IMG/VR virus record: IMGVR_UViG_3300017754_001794
Span: 1-62,003 of that record
Source: a virus
Lineage: Duplodnaviria; Caudoviricetes
Strand: one strand, 5' to 3'
Length of the DNA stretch: 62,003 nucleotides
Program-made: the position numbers and the translations under genes
Shown here: positions 53,410-61,722 of the stretch, one piece after another
Layout of the letters: the number at the start of each line of letters is the position of its first letter
How positions within the stretch are numbered: position 1 is the first letter of the stretch
Notes under the pieces: generated by a model
Databases searched by the model: none
What the model was told of the DNA's origin: nothing
What the model saw: the letters and a program-made list of their open reading frames with translations, nothing else

Positions 53410-55353
53410 TTAGAACGGGATGTCGTCGTCCAGGTCGTTCCAGTCCACAGTCCCAGGCTTTACAAGCGCCCCCTTGCCCTTTGCATCGGGCAGCACGTAG
53501 TCGTCCACTGGCTTGGCGTGGCCCTCATTGACGGCACCGTCTGGCGGCGCGTCCTCTTTGGTGTAGTTGGTGATCTGCACCTCGGGCATTACATCGGGCG
53601 CGTCTATGGTGCCAAACGCGGTGCCGTCGAAGCTGGCGTCCATGATCTGCGGGTAGGGCTTTTTGTTTGCCCACACGCGCAGATGCGACGGCGCGCGTAG
53701 ATGGTCCGTCAGCTGCCCTGCTTCCCAAGTTGTGGTCGGCACCGGCCCTGCAGTCTGCCCAGGCTGGCGCAGGCGCCACCACTGCGCGGCAAGGCTCCGC
53801 ACAAAGGCGCTTGTGTGCTCGAACGACACGAACTCTGTGTATCGCGTCATATGGCAGTAGTAGGTGACGCGCAGGCTTGGTGCGCTGCCGGCCTTGTGGT
53901 GCTGCCTGTAGGTGATGTGCGTCACTGGCACGATCTGCACGTCCGGTGGCTCAGGCTCACGGATGAGTGCGGCGGTGCCGGACGTGTTGGCAATGGCTGG
54001 GCCGTACTGCGGGAACAGGTGGCCGCAGGCGATGCACTCTTTGGCGAGCGTGTGGTTATAGATCTCGCAGATGGGGCACTTTTTGACAGGCGCCTCGCCC
54101 TTCTTCTCGCCCTTCTTTCGCGGCAGCACTGGGTCGTTAATAGGCCCAAGCCGCTCTGTGTTGCGAGCAAAGTCCAGCACAAGGCAATCGGGTTTGTGGC
54201 TGGCAGCAATGGCGGACAACCGGCCCTCCACCGTCAGTATGTTGTACCCCGGTGCGAAGAACGGGCGGGTGCCCCGGCCCAGCATCTGGATCCAGAGGAC
54301 GGTGCTGTGCGTTGGGCGCAGCATGATAATGAGGTCAAGCGCCGGGTGGTCGATGCCGGTCGTCAGCACGTTGTTATTCGTGACGGCCTGTATGCGCCCC
54401 GCCTTCCAGTCTTCTAAAATACGGTCGCGTTCTGTCTTACCGGCCTTGTCCTTTGTGGTTGGCAAGTCGCTGTGAACGGCCTTGCAGCTGACGCCCAGGC
54501 TGCGCAGGATCTCCGCCGTGTGCAGCGCATGGTTAACGCCCGCGCAGAAGATGAGCCAGCTATAGCGCTTGCGCCCGGTGTTGGCGAGCTGTATGGACTC
54601 CTGCAGCGCGGCCAGTGTCGTCTCGTGCTTGTCTACTGCAGCCTCCAGCTCCCCCTGCTTAAACTCGCCGCCTTGGGTGCCCACACCGGACACGTCCAGG
54701 ACCACCTCTGTACACCTGGGTGACAGCCGGCAGAGGTAGCCTTGCCCCAACAGCCAATTGAAGGCGTCCATGGTGGACAGGTCGAAGGCGGTGTGCGTGA
54801 ACAGCCCGTCGTCGGTAATGCGGCCTTGCCCAATGCGCCAAGGCGTGGCGGTAAGGCCAATGACGCGGAGGTGCGGGTTGACCGCCTTTAGGGCGGCGAT
54901 AAACGTGGCGTACATGGTGGCGCCGCTAGTGTTCACCAGATGGCACTCGTCCACAATCACAATGTCTATGCGGCCGAAGTGTGCGTGCTTTTTTGCGACG
55001 CTGCCAATGCCTGCGAACGTGATAGGAAAGATGGATTCCTTGCGCCCCAAGCCAGCGCTATAGATGCCAGCGGGGGCGCCGGGCCACACGGCCAGCGTCT
55101 TGTCATAGTTCTGCTGGATCAGCTCTTTAACGTGCGTCAGCACCATCACCCGCGTCTGCGCATGCACCTGGAAAAACCGCTGCAGCAGACGGGCGATGAC
55201 CACACTTTTACCCGTGCCCGTTGGCAGTACCAACAGCGGGTTCGCCGCCTCAATGGTGCCGTCCTTGGCATAGCCGTGCGTGGACAGGAATTGGAAGGCG
55301 TGTTCTACACAGGCCGTCTGGTAGTCGCGGTCCTGCAGGGCTACGGCGCTCAT
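53410..55353 (-). CDS. SF2 helicase, RadD/YejH-like, with zinc finger and C-terminal DDDIPF
   Basis: PTGTGKS, VDECH, GLTATP, LTTGID, QMLGRGTR, CPIC...CIAC. Confidence 0.92.
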   Translation of the reverse strand: MSAVALQDRDYQTACVEHAFQFLSTHGYAKDGTIEAANPLLVLPTGTGKSVVIARLLQRFFQVHAQTRVMVLTHVKELIQQNYDKTLAVWPGAPAGIYSAGLGRKESIFPITFAGIGSVAKKHAHFGRIDIVIVDECHLVNTSGATMYATFIAALKAVNPHLRVIGLTATPWRIGQGRITDDGLFTHTAFDLSTMDAFNWLLGQGYLCRLSPRCTEVVLDVSGVGTQGGEFKQGELEAAVDKHETTLAALQESIQLANTGRKRYSWLIFCAGVNHALHTAEILRSLGVSCKAVHSDLPTTKDKAGKTERDRILEDWKAGRIQAVTNNNVLTTGIDHPALDLIIMLRPTHSTVLWIQMLGRGTRPFFAPGYNILTVEGRLSAIAASHKPDCLVLDFARNTERLGPINDPVLPRKKGEKKGEAPVKKCPICEIYNHTLAKECIACGHLFPQYGPAIANTSGTAALIREPEPPDVQIVPVTHITYRQHHKAGSAPSLRVTYYCHMTRYTEFVSFEHTSAFVRSLAAQWWRLRQPGQTAGPVPTTTWEAGQLTDHLRAPSHLRVWANKKPYPQIMDASFDGTAFGTIDAPDVMPEVQITNYTKEDAPPDGAVNEGHAKPVDDYVLPDAKGKGALVKPGTVDWNDLDDDIPF

Positions 55354-55354
55354 C

Positions 55355-56326
55355 TTAGATAATCTTTCTTGCTGTGTACTGGTTGCACCCGGCCAACTGC
55401 GCCGCCTTGTCCAGCACCACGGGCGCCGTCTGGTTCAGCATGCAGTACCAATTCCCATCTTCTGCTGGGTCGCTGAACGCGCACGTCCTGCAGTTCTTCA
55501 GCGCCGGTGCCCGCATGTGGCACTGTGGCCGGTAGTCGCACATTTTGCAGGTAAACCAGGACGGCGAGCTGCTGATGCGCTCCGGTGGCTGCTGGCTGCG
55601 GATGAGGGCGATGGCGCGGGCCGTGTACTGGTTGGCGTTCTCAACGTCCAGCTCAATCACCTCCATGTACATCAGATCGTTGTCCTTGCACACCGCAACG
55701 TAGAGGCCGTACTGCAACCCAAATTTGCTCATGTACTGCTGCATCTGCACATAGTGCATTGGCTTGGCTTCGCGTAGGCCCTTGCCGGTAAACGGTGGGG
55801 GCTCAACGCCCGCCTGTATGGCCTCCTCTACTTTCTGCCAGTCCTTGCCGGCCAGCTCGTCGAAAGACTTCTTGGCGTGCGTCTTGAACTCGGTGAGGCA
55901 GTAGGCGCCCAGGGGCAGGTCAGGCACACGCCCGGCCATGCCGTCGCCGCTGCCGCTGTAGTGGCCGCCGTAGTCTGAAATCTTGTATTGCTTGCCGTTG
56001 GCGTCTTGCTGGATAACCTCCAGGCCGGCTGCAAGCATGAGCGCAATGATGCGGGCCTCCTCCATATGGCCTCGGTTAAACAGGCGCAGCATACGCCCGC
56101 TAAACGCCTTGGCGGCGATCCAATGGAAGTTGTACCAGATGTGACGCGCGCACTCGTGGCCGATGCCGCTGGCGCCCATGTGGTTACGAAAGGGGCTGTC
56201 CTCTTGCCGGTATGCGTCTGTGATGTGTGGGAGCACGCGCTGCAGCCACATGCGGTAAGCGTTCCCTTGGTCGGCTACGACGACATTGTGAAAGAGCTTG
56301 ATGGTTTTGGCTGCGATATAGCCCAT
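55355..56326 (-). CDS. Cas4-like PD-(D/E)xK exonuclease
   Basis: GASGIGHECAR, GH..E, DG...EFKT, HYVQMQ.YM, CKMCDYRPQC. Confidence 0.85.
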   Translation of the reverse strand: MGYIAAKTIKLFHNVVVADQGNAYRMWLQRVLPHITDAYRQEDSPFRNHMGASGIGHECARHIWYNFHWIAAKAFSGRMLRLFNRGHMEEARIIALMLAAGLEVIQQDANGKQYKISDYGGHYSGSGDGMAGRVPDLPLGAYCLTEFKTHAKKSFDELAGKDWQKVEEAIQAGVEPPPFTGKGLREAKPMHYVQMQQYMSKFGLQYGLYVAVCKDNDLMYMEVIELDVENANQYTARAIALIRSQQPPERISSSPSWFTCKMCDYRPQCHMRAPALKNCRTCAFSDPAEDGNWYCMLNQTAPVVLDKAAQLAGCNQYTARKII

Positions 56327-56339
56327 GTGCGCCTCTGCA

Positions 56340-56374
56340 TAAAAAGAGCGCCGGCCCCGTGAAGGACCGGCGCT
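56340..56374 (-). terminator. Rho-independent terminator after the SSB gene
   Basis: On the - strand, AGCGCCGG...CCGGCGCT is followed by CTTTTT. Confidence 0.7.
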
Positions 56375-56380
56375 GTAAAA

Positions 56381-56424
56381 CCGTTCGTAGCTAAGGGAGG
56401 GAGGAGATAGGCAACTGCGAACGG
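56381..56424 (-). ncRNA. Candidate 3'UTR small RNA hairpin with an anti-SD loop
   Basis: CCGUUCG...CGAACGG stem encloses UCUCCUCCCUCCCU; directly upstream of the terminator. Confidence 0.35.
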
Positions 56425-56438
56425 GGAGCGGGATCTAA

Positions 56439-57365
56439 TTAAGCGGCGGTCTGGCCGGTCACCCAGGGTGGTGGACTGCCGGCTTGCGCTGCAGCGGCAC
56501 CGGGCTGAGGTTGCCATGGTTGGCTACCCTGTGGAGCAACCTGCTGTTGCTGGGGCTGCTGCACGGGCTGCTGCGGCTGACCTTGAGGGGGTTGCCAAGG
56601 TTGTTGAGCCTGCTGGCCGGGGTCCATTTGCTGGCCGGCTGGCGGTTGCCACGGCTGGCCCTGGGGCTGTTGGGCCGGCTGGCCGCCCTGCGGGGGCTGC
56701 CAAGGCTGTTGAGCGCCCTGGGTGGGGGGTTGCCACGGCTGGCCGGCTGGGGCGCCTTGCTGGGGCTGCTGTTGCTGCGCAGGGGGCTGATACTGCTGTT
56801 GGGCAGGAGGCTGATAGCCCTGCTGTGCTGGCGGTTGGTACTGCTGCGCGGCTGGGGGTTGGTACGCCTGGGCCTGGGGTGCGCCCATGCCGACCGGGGC
56901 TCCGCCTGCGTTGGGCACCGCGTTCACGTTAACGCTCATGTGCTCCACGCGCTTGACCTCGTTGCTGGGGTCGTACTTCTCGCCCGTGGGCTGGCCGGAC
57001 ACCTTGTCCACCTTGTCACCGCCTTGGCGCAGCACGATCTTCGCCTTGAAGGGGATATTGTGCATGTGCATGCTGGTGGGTGGCGTGAGTACGCCCACCG
57101 CGTGGCACAGCGCGGACAGTTGGCCCCAGGCGATTTCCACCGTCTGCGGGTTGCTGTGCTTCAGGTTCAGGCGGTGCATCACCGTGCGGCCTGCGTACTG
57201 GCCTTCCACGATACGCAGACGGCATTGCAGGTAACTGCCGGCGCCGTTGCTGGTTGGCTTCTCACCGGACTCGTCGATGATGACCTGATACCAACCCTCG
57301 GGAACCGGGTCAGCACTGCCTTGGTTGGGCTGCACCTGGGCAGCATTGAAATTACCGAACTGCAT
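56439..57365 (-). CDS. ssDNA-binding protein (DUF669-like) with a long Gln/Pro-rich tail
   Basis: FNA..V.P...PVPEGWY...G.YL...I.EG.Y.GR...LNL...A...LS.LC.AVG. Confidence 0.8.
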   Translation of the reverse strand: MQFGNFNAAQVQPNQGSADPVPEGWYQVIIDESGEKPTSNGAGSYLQCRLRIVEGQYAGRTVMHRLNLKHSNPQTVEIAWGQLSALCHAVGVLTPPTSMHMHNIPFKAKIVLRQGGDKVDKVSGQPTGEKYDPSNEVKRVEHMSVNVNAVPNAGGAPVGMGAPQAQAYQPPAAQQYQPPAQQGYQPPAQQQYQPPAQQQQPQQGAPAGQPWQPPTQGAQQPWQPPQGGQPAQQPQGQPWQPPAGQQMDPGQQAQQPWQPPQGQPQQPVQQPQQQQVAPQGSQPWQPQPGAAAAQAGSPPPWVTGQTAA

Positions 57366-57368
57366 ATC

Positions 57369-58097
57369 TTACGCTCCTAGCATTTTTTGAAAGATTTTGC
57401 CCAGGTGTGGTTCTTCAATTGGCGCCAGCACACCCGAGCGATCCTTGGCGTCAAATTGGATGTCCGGCTGGGTTTGCAAAAATCGGTAGGCAATGCCCTC
57501 CGGTGTCTTTGCCATCCCCAGGCGGAAAACTTCGTCGAAAAAGTACGGCAGCGCAGGCCCCAGGCGCTGGCCCGGCATGCTGGCAAGATATTTAATCATG
57601 CCCGTTGCCTCGTCCTTCATAGGTGCCATTTTAGCGGCGACATATACGTTGCGCCCAGGCAGATCGCGATAGGCACGCACCAGCGTTTCTAGCGTCTCGG
57701 TGAGCACCCCGTAAGCCTGCCGGGGGTCCTTGCTGGCCCGCTTGGCGTTGTTCAAAATGATTTCAGCAATCTCGCTGATACTGTCCACGCCGACGCTGTG
57801 GTACTGGCGGGCTTCGTGCGACTGCTGCAGCCAGCGCAACACGTCCAAGAAGTCTTGCACCGTGTTGATCTTTGCCATCGGCATGTCGTAGTTGATCCAC
57901 GGGTTGCCGACGCCGTAGATGCGTTCCAGGTTGGCGCGCCGCAGCGACAGCTCACCGGACTCTGCACCGACCAGAAAGCTACCCGGCCCCATGGTGGCCG
58001 CAAGCACGGTCTTGCCGGTGCCTGGGCCTGCGTAGACGAGGACTTTGAAGCCCTGGGTTTGAGTGACCTGGGACACTGTGGTTAGATTGATTGGCAT
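57369..58097 (-). CDS. Sak4-like / AAA_24 ATPase (ssDNA annealing)
   Basis: YAGPGTGKT, AESGELS, VDSISE, FDEVF, AKDRSG.L...E.P.L. Confidence 0.85.
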   Translation of the reverse strand: MPINLTTVSQVTQTQGFKVLVYAGPGTGKTVLAATMGPGSFLVGAESGELSLRRANLERIYGVGNPWINYDMPMAKINTVQDFLDVLRWLQQSHEARQYHSVGVDSISEIAEIILNNAKRASKDPRQAYGVLTETLETLVRAYRDLPGRNVYVAAKMAPMKDEATGMIKYLASMPGQRLGPALPYFFDEVFRLGMAKTPEGIAYRFLQTQPDIQFDAKDRSGVLAPIEEPHLGKIFQKMLGA

Positions 58098-58138
58098 GCT
58101 GTTGGTGTGGTGTAAGTGGTAGTGTAGGGCGGCCCGGC

Positions 58139-59068
58139 TTACTTGGGGTCACCGATGTCGCGCTCGTTGCGGAAGGCCATGAAGACGGGATGGCGCGGTG
58201 CCACCTTGGCGCCGATCTCAAAATGCTTGTACTTCACAATGAGCCCGACCATGACCTCGCGCTGCGCCCAGTAGGCCAGCCGCTCCTCTGCCGTAAAGCC
58301 GGTGCCGATGTTGAAGCGCACACCGCTGTGGATGTCTTCCACGGTAAACGCGCCAAGCATGCCCGTCGGCACCTTGCCCTCTTGGCTGTGCCCGCGCTTG
58401 GTGTAGCCCCGTTCGTCTATGGTGGCCTCGTTCTCGTTGCTCATCTGCTCTACACATGCCACGATGCGGGCCTCGCTGTCGCTAAACTCCTTTAGCTTCA
58501 TCATCCAACCCTGCTTCGCCGTGCTGCGGCCCTGCTTATACGGCCCGTCGGGGCTCCGTATGATTAGACCCTCGAAGCCTCCGTCCAGCGCTGTCTGCTG
58601 GGCCTGCTGCAGCTCTTGGCCGTCGTTGACCACAGTGTGCGGCAGCAGGCGCAACCACGGGTGCGCGCTGTAGGGGTAGACGCCCAGGGCCTGCGCGATG
58701 GCTTGCAGGCGCTTTTCGTAGCCCCAGTCGGCCGGAGAGTTCCAAGTGTCGAACACCCAAAACGTGCAGGCCGGCTCCCCCTCAATGGTCATCACCGCAG
58801 ACTGGGTGTCGCTGAACACCATCTTCGCGTTCGGCGCACCCACCACCAGCTCGCCGTCCAGGCCCTCCAGCAACGGGTGTCCAAGCATGCGCTGGACGTG
58901 CTTGTTCGGCAGGGGCTCCAGCTTGCGGCTCATGGCCTGCCCATCTTTGATAAGGCACCGCACCCCGTCCAACTTGGTAGAGGCGATGTACGGGAAGGTA
59001 AGTCCCTCGCTCGGCGCTGGGCAGGCCAGCATAGGGCGGAAGGGCTTGGGGGCGGGTGACTTGCTCAT
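58139..59068 (-). CDS. ATP-dependent DNA ligase
   Basis: PMLA, KLDGVR, LDGEL, EGLIIR, YKQGRS, KLK, GTGF, PRHPVF. Confidence 0.94.
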   Translation of the reverse strand: MSKSPAPKPFRPMLACPAPSEGLTFPYIASTKLDGVRCLIKDGQAMSRKLEPLPNKHVQRMLGHPLLEGLDGELVVGAPNAKMVFSDTQSAVMTIEGEPACTFWVFDTWNSPADWGYEKRLQAIAQALGVYPYSAHPWLRLLPHTVVNDGQELQQAQQTALDGGFEGLIIRSPDGPYKQGRSTAKQGWMMKLKEFSDSEARIVACVEQMSNENEATIDERGYTKRGHSQEGKVPTGMLGAFTVEDIHSGVRFNIGTGFTAEERLAYWAQREVMVGLIVKYKHFEIGAKVAPRHPVFMAFRNERDIGDPK

Positions 59069-59104
59069 AGTGTGCCTCAGATGTCCGTTGGTCCGATTGG
59101 GATC

Positions 59105-59461
59105 TTACCCCGGTGTTCCTCCGGGATGGGGTACGGGCAGGTCGGTGTCTGCGACGGTGCCTGTTTGCTTTGTGAGTTCATCGATTACCGCTTTCTGTTG
59201 GTCAAGGATTTGCATGGCGACGCCGAGCTTGCGTTGCATGCTGAAGTGTTGCACCAGCGTCTGAATGCACAGCCTGCGAAGCTGGTCTTTGCTGTTGCAC
59301 TGCGACACTACCTTCATGGGCGCCTGCATCAACATGATCAGGTCTGCTCCCTCGGTGCCCTGCAGCCCGTCATAGGGCGTGTTTGCGACCTGCGCGCCCA
59401 GGTAGTTCGTCAGGTGCGCAGCATCGTTTTGCAGCGCTTCAATGGGTGTTGGCTTTTGCAT
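59105..59461 (-). CDS. Hypothetical protein
   Basis: 118 aa; abuts thyX. Confidence 0.6.
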   Translation of the reverse strand: MQKPTPIEALQNDAAHLTNYLGAQVANTPYDGLQGTEGADLIMLMQAPMKVVSQCNSKDQLRRLCIQTLVQHFSMQRKLGVAMQILDQQKAVIDELTKQTGTVADTDLPVPHPGGTPG

Positions 59462-59462
59462 G

Positions 59463-60278
59463 TCAGTCTGCCTTGCGAACGTGTTTGTCGAACAGACCCA
59501 TGAGGCCGGGGAGGTGGGGGCGCAGCAGCGTCACAATCGCTTCGCCGTAGGCCCGTGCCTCGATCTGCGCGTGGCTGTGAGTGCGCAGGGCAAGGAACTT
59601 GAACAGGTTGGACAGGTCCACGCTGCCAACCCAGTGGACATAGTGGTTGAGGTGCAGGGCCATACGGGCGTGTTCGGGTGCCACGCCGGCCTCCATAGCG
59701 CCCGTGTACAGCGCATAACCCTCGCGGCACTGGCGGTCCAGGGCTGCGCGAAACTGCGCTTGTACTTCTTCAGGCAGGTTGTCCTCCTGGCCCTGCTTCT
59801 TGTTCGGCGCCTTGCCGCCCACCACCGCAGGGATGTACCACATCTCCGGCAGCGTCACATAGCGCCCGCTGGACTCGTTGCGGCGCCATGTGCGGTGACG
59901 CACCATCTGGCGGTCAATGAAGATAGGCACGCGCACCTCCACCCACACCTGGATCATTTCCAGCGGGCTGGTGTGCTGGTTGACCAGCAGGTATTCGGCG
60001 AGCCGCATGTCTTGCTCATACGTGCGCGGCACACTGTGGTCACCGAGGTCGCCTTGCTCAAATGACAGGCGCGCGGCGTTGGCCGGGTCAATGTCGTCGG
60101 CGTCAAAGCAGCGGTTCAACTCGATGCTGTTGGGGGTTGCAGACAGGCGCCCGTCCAGCAGCGTTGCCGCTTCTGCATAGCCATGCCCGTCAATAGACAG
60201 TGTGCGGCGCGTAGGCCCTGCCAAGTTCAACAGCTTCACAAAGCCGTGGTCCAGCACTTGGCGTGAAAACTCGTTCAT
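59463..60278 (-). CDS. thyX: Flavin-dependent thymidylate synthase
   Basis: VLDHGFV, AARLSF, HTSPLE, RHR-x7-S (RHRTWRRNESSGRY), GVAPEHAR, HAQIE. Confidence 0.93.
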   Translation of the reverse strand: MNEFSRQVLDHGFVKLLNLAGPTRRTLSIDGHGYAEAATLLDGRLSATPNSIELNRCFDADDIDPANAARLSFEQGDLGDHSVPRTYEQDMRLAEYLLVNQHTSPLEMIQVWVEVRVPIFIDRQMVRHRTWRRNESSGRYVTLPEMWYIPAVVGGKAPNKKQGQEDNLPEEVQAQFRAALDRQCREGYALYTGAMEAGVAPEHARMALHLNHYVHWVGSVDLSNLFKFLALRTHSHAQIEARAYGEAIVTLLRPHLPGLMGLFDKHVRKAD

Positions 60279-60823
60279 TTCTTCTCCTTCGGTGGTTCAA
60301 CTTCCAGTGCCTTGGGGCCGGGCTTGGTTTCCAGCATGCACTCTACGAATGCGCGCTGCACCTCGGTCAGCTTGTTGTAAGCGCTCTTAGACAGCTCGGT
60401 CTTCTGCTTCATGAGGTCTGCCATAGGCACGTTCAGCGCTTGCCACACAAAGGCCTCCGGGTCCATGGCTTCGATGTTGGCCGCGCCCCAGGCTTCCAAC
60501 TGCGGAGCGAACTCAGCCACCTTGGCAAGGCCGTAAGACGTCAGCGCAGGCAGGTCCACGGTTCGGTTGATGCTGTACTCGCCTTTCAGCTTCCAGCCGC
60601 CGCCCAGCTCCACGCGCTGCAGGCCCTCAGAGGGTGTGGGAAAGAAGTAATCGAACAGCTTGGCGCGGTCCGCTTTCTCCTTGGCAGTGTCTGCGGCAAT
60701 GCGCGCCTTCAGCGCCTGCCAGTCGCCAAGCTGTTGCAGCCGGAGGGCGTGCAGCTCCTCCGGCGTCAGCGCAGCCTCGTCCACTTCCCCGCCTGGGGTT
60801 GGTGTGTTGGCTGCGTCGGTCAT
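60275..60823 (-). CDS. Conserved phage hypothetical protein
   Basis: FPTPSEG...L.GGW.LK, K.ELS..AY..L...Q, KPG...LE. Confidence 0.7.
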   Translation of the reverse strand: MTDAANTPTPGGEVDEAALTPEELHALRLQQLGDWQALKARIAADTAKEKADRAKLFDYFFPTPSEGLQRVELGGGWKLKGEYSINRTVDLPALTSYGLAKVAEFAPQLEAWGAANIEAMDPEAFVWQALNVPMADLMKQKTELSKSAYNKLTEVQRAFVECMLETKPGPKALEVEPPKEKK

Positions 60824-61674
60824 TGGGCGAGGTCTTCGTTACCGCTGCCGATGAACGTGCGGCTGCTGGGCACAGCGCGATCGGCACCGGCCACCGGGGC
60901 AGGAGCGTCGGCACCCTTGTCAGCACGGGCCACGGCCTGGGTGTCGCTGTACTTGCCCAGCTTGTAACGCGCCTTCTCGCTGGTTAACAGCTTCTCGGTG
61001 TTCTGCTTCAGGCACTCGTCGCGCGTGATGCCCAGCCCTTGACGCATGCCCTCGAGGTAGAACTCCAGGTCACCCATCTCTTCCACCACGTTGGCACGGT
61101 CCAGCGGCGTGCCGTAGATGATGTGCTTCTTGACCGCGTCAAACAGCTCGCCCGCTTCGCTGGGCACGCAGCTTGCCATGTGCCACAGGTGGCAGGCCTC
61201 GGGCGTCAGAACGGCCAGGATGTCTGCGCCGGGCTTTGCCAGCGCGGCCACCATGTCGCGATAGACGACTTCGGTGCCGGGCACGGTGCCGTCCAAAAAC
61301 GACACAAGGGCTTCTTTTTGCACCAGCGTCATGCCGTTGATGTTGCATTCAAAAGTCTCGCCGCTGGGCGTTACTTCGGCGGCGCCTTGCAAGCGAAGCA
61401 GGCCCGCCGCAGGCTTTTCGGCCTGCACAATGTCGCCGCCCAGTTCCTTCAGCGCATCGCCCCGCAGGCCGCCCGCATCGTGGACGGCCGCGCCCTGGGC
61501 TTGCTGCAGTTGTGCGCGCATGGCTGCGATCTCTTCGGCCACCTTCGGCGATGGCATGTCGCCGGGCGCCTTCTCGTTCAGGTCTCGCAGCGAGTCTTCC
61601 TGCTGGCCGCTGGCGGCTTGTGTAGGGGCCGCCAGCATCGCGCCCAGGGCGGTCGCAAGCAATTGCTTCTTCAT
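60820..61674 (-). CDS. MazG-like nucleotide pyrophosphohydrolase with a long N-terminal extension
   Basis: SEAGELFDAVKK..IY...D..NVVEEMGDLEFY, N..KL...RY..G.YSD..A..RADK; AAGGAG RBS before the ATG at 61674. Confidence 0.85.
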   Translation of the reverse strand: MKKQLLATALGAMLAAPTQAASGQQEDSLRDLNEKAPGDMPSPKVAEEIAAMRAQLQQAQGAAVHDAGGLRGDALKELGGDIVQAEKPAAGLLRLQGAAEVTPSGETFECNINGMTLVQKEALVSFLDGTVPGTEVVYRDMVAALAKPGADILAVLTPEACHLWHMASCVPSEAGELFDAVKKHIIYGTPLDRANVVEEMGDLEFYLEGMRQGLGITRDECLKQNTEKLLTSEKARYKLGKYSDTQAVARADKGADAPAPVAGADRAVPSSRTFIGSGNEDLAQ

Positions 61675-61722
61675 ATCAAACTCCTTCAGGTTGGTTGTCA
61701 AAACGACCGTTTATTGTGCCGG

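Noticed and set aside
56500-56880. Tandem DNA repeats resembling a CRISPR array next to a Cas4-like gene
   Set aside because: The repeats are degenerate, in-frame codons for Q/P/W peptides of the SSB tail with no unique spacers. Solo Cas4-like nucleases are common in phage recombination modules.
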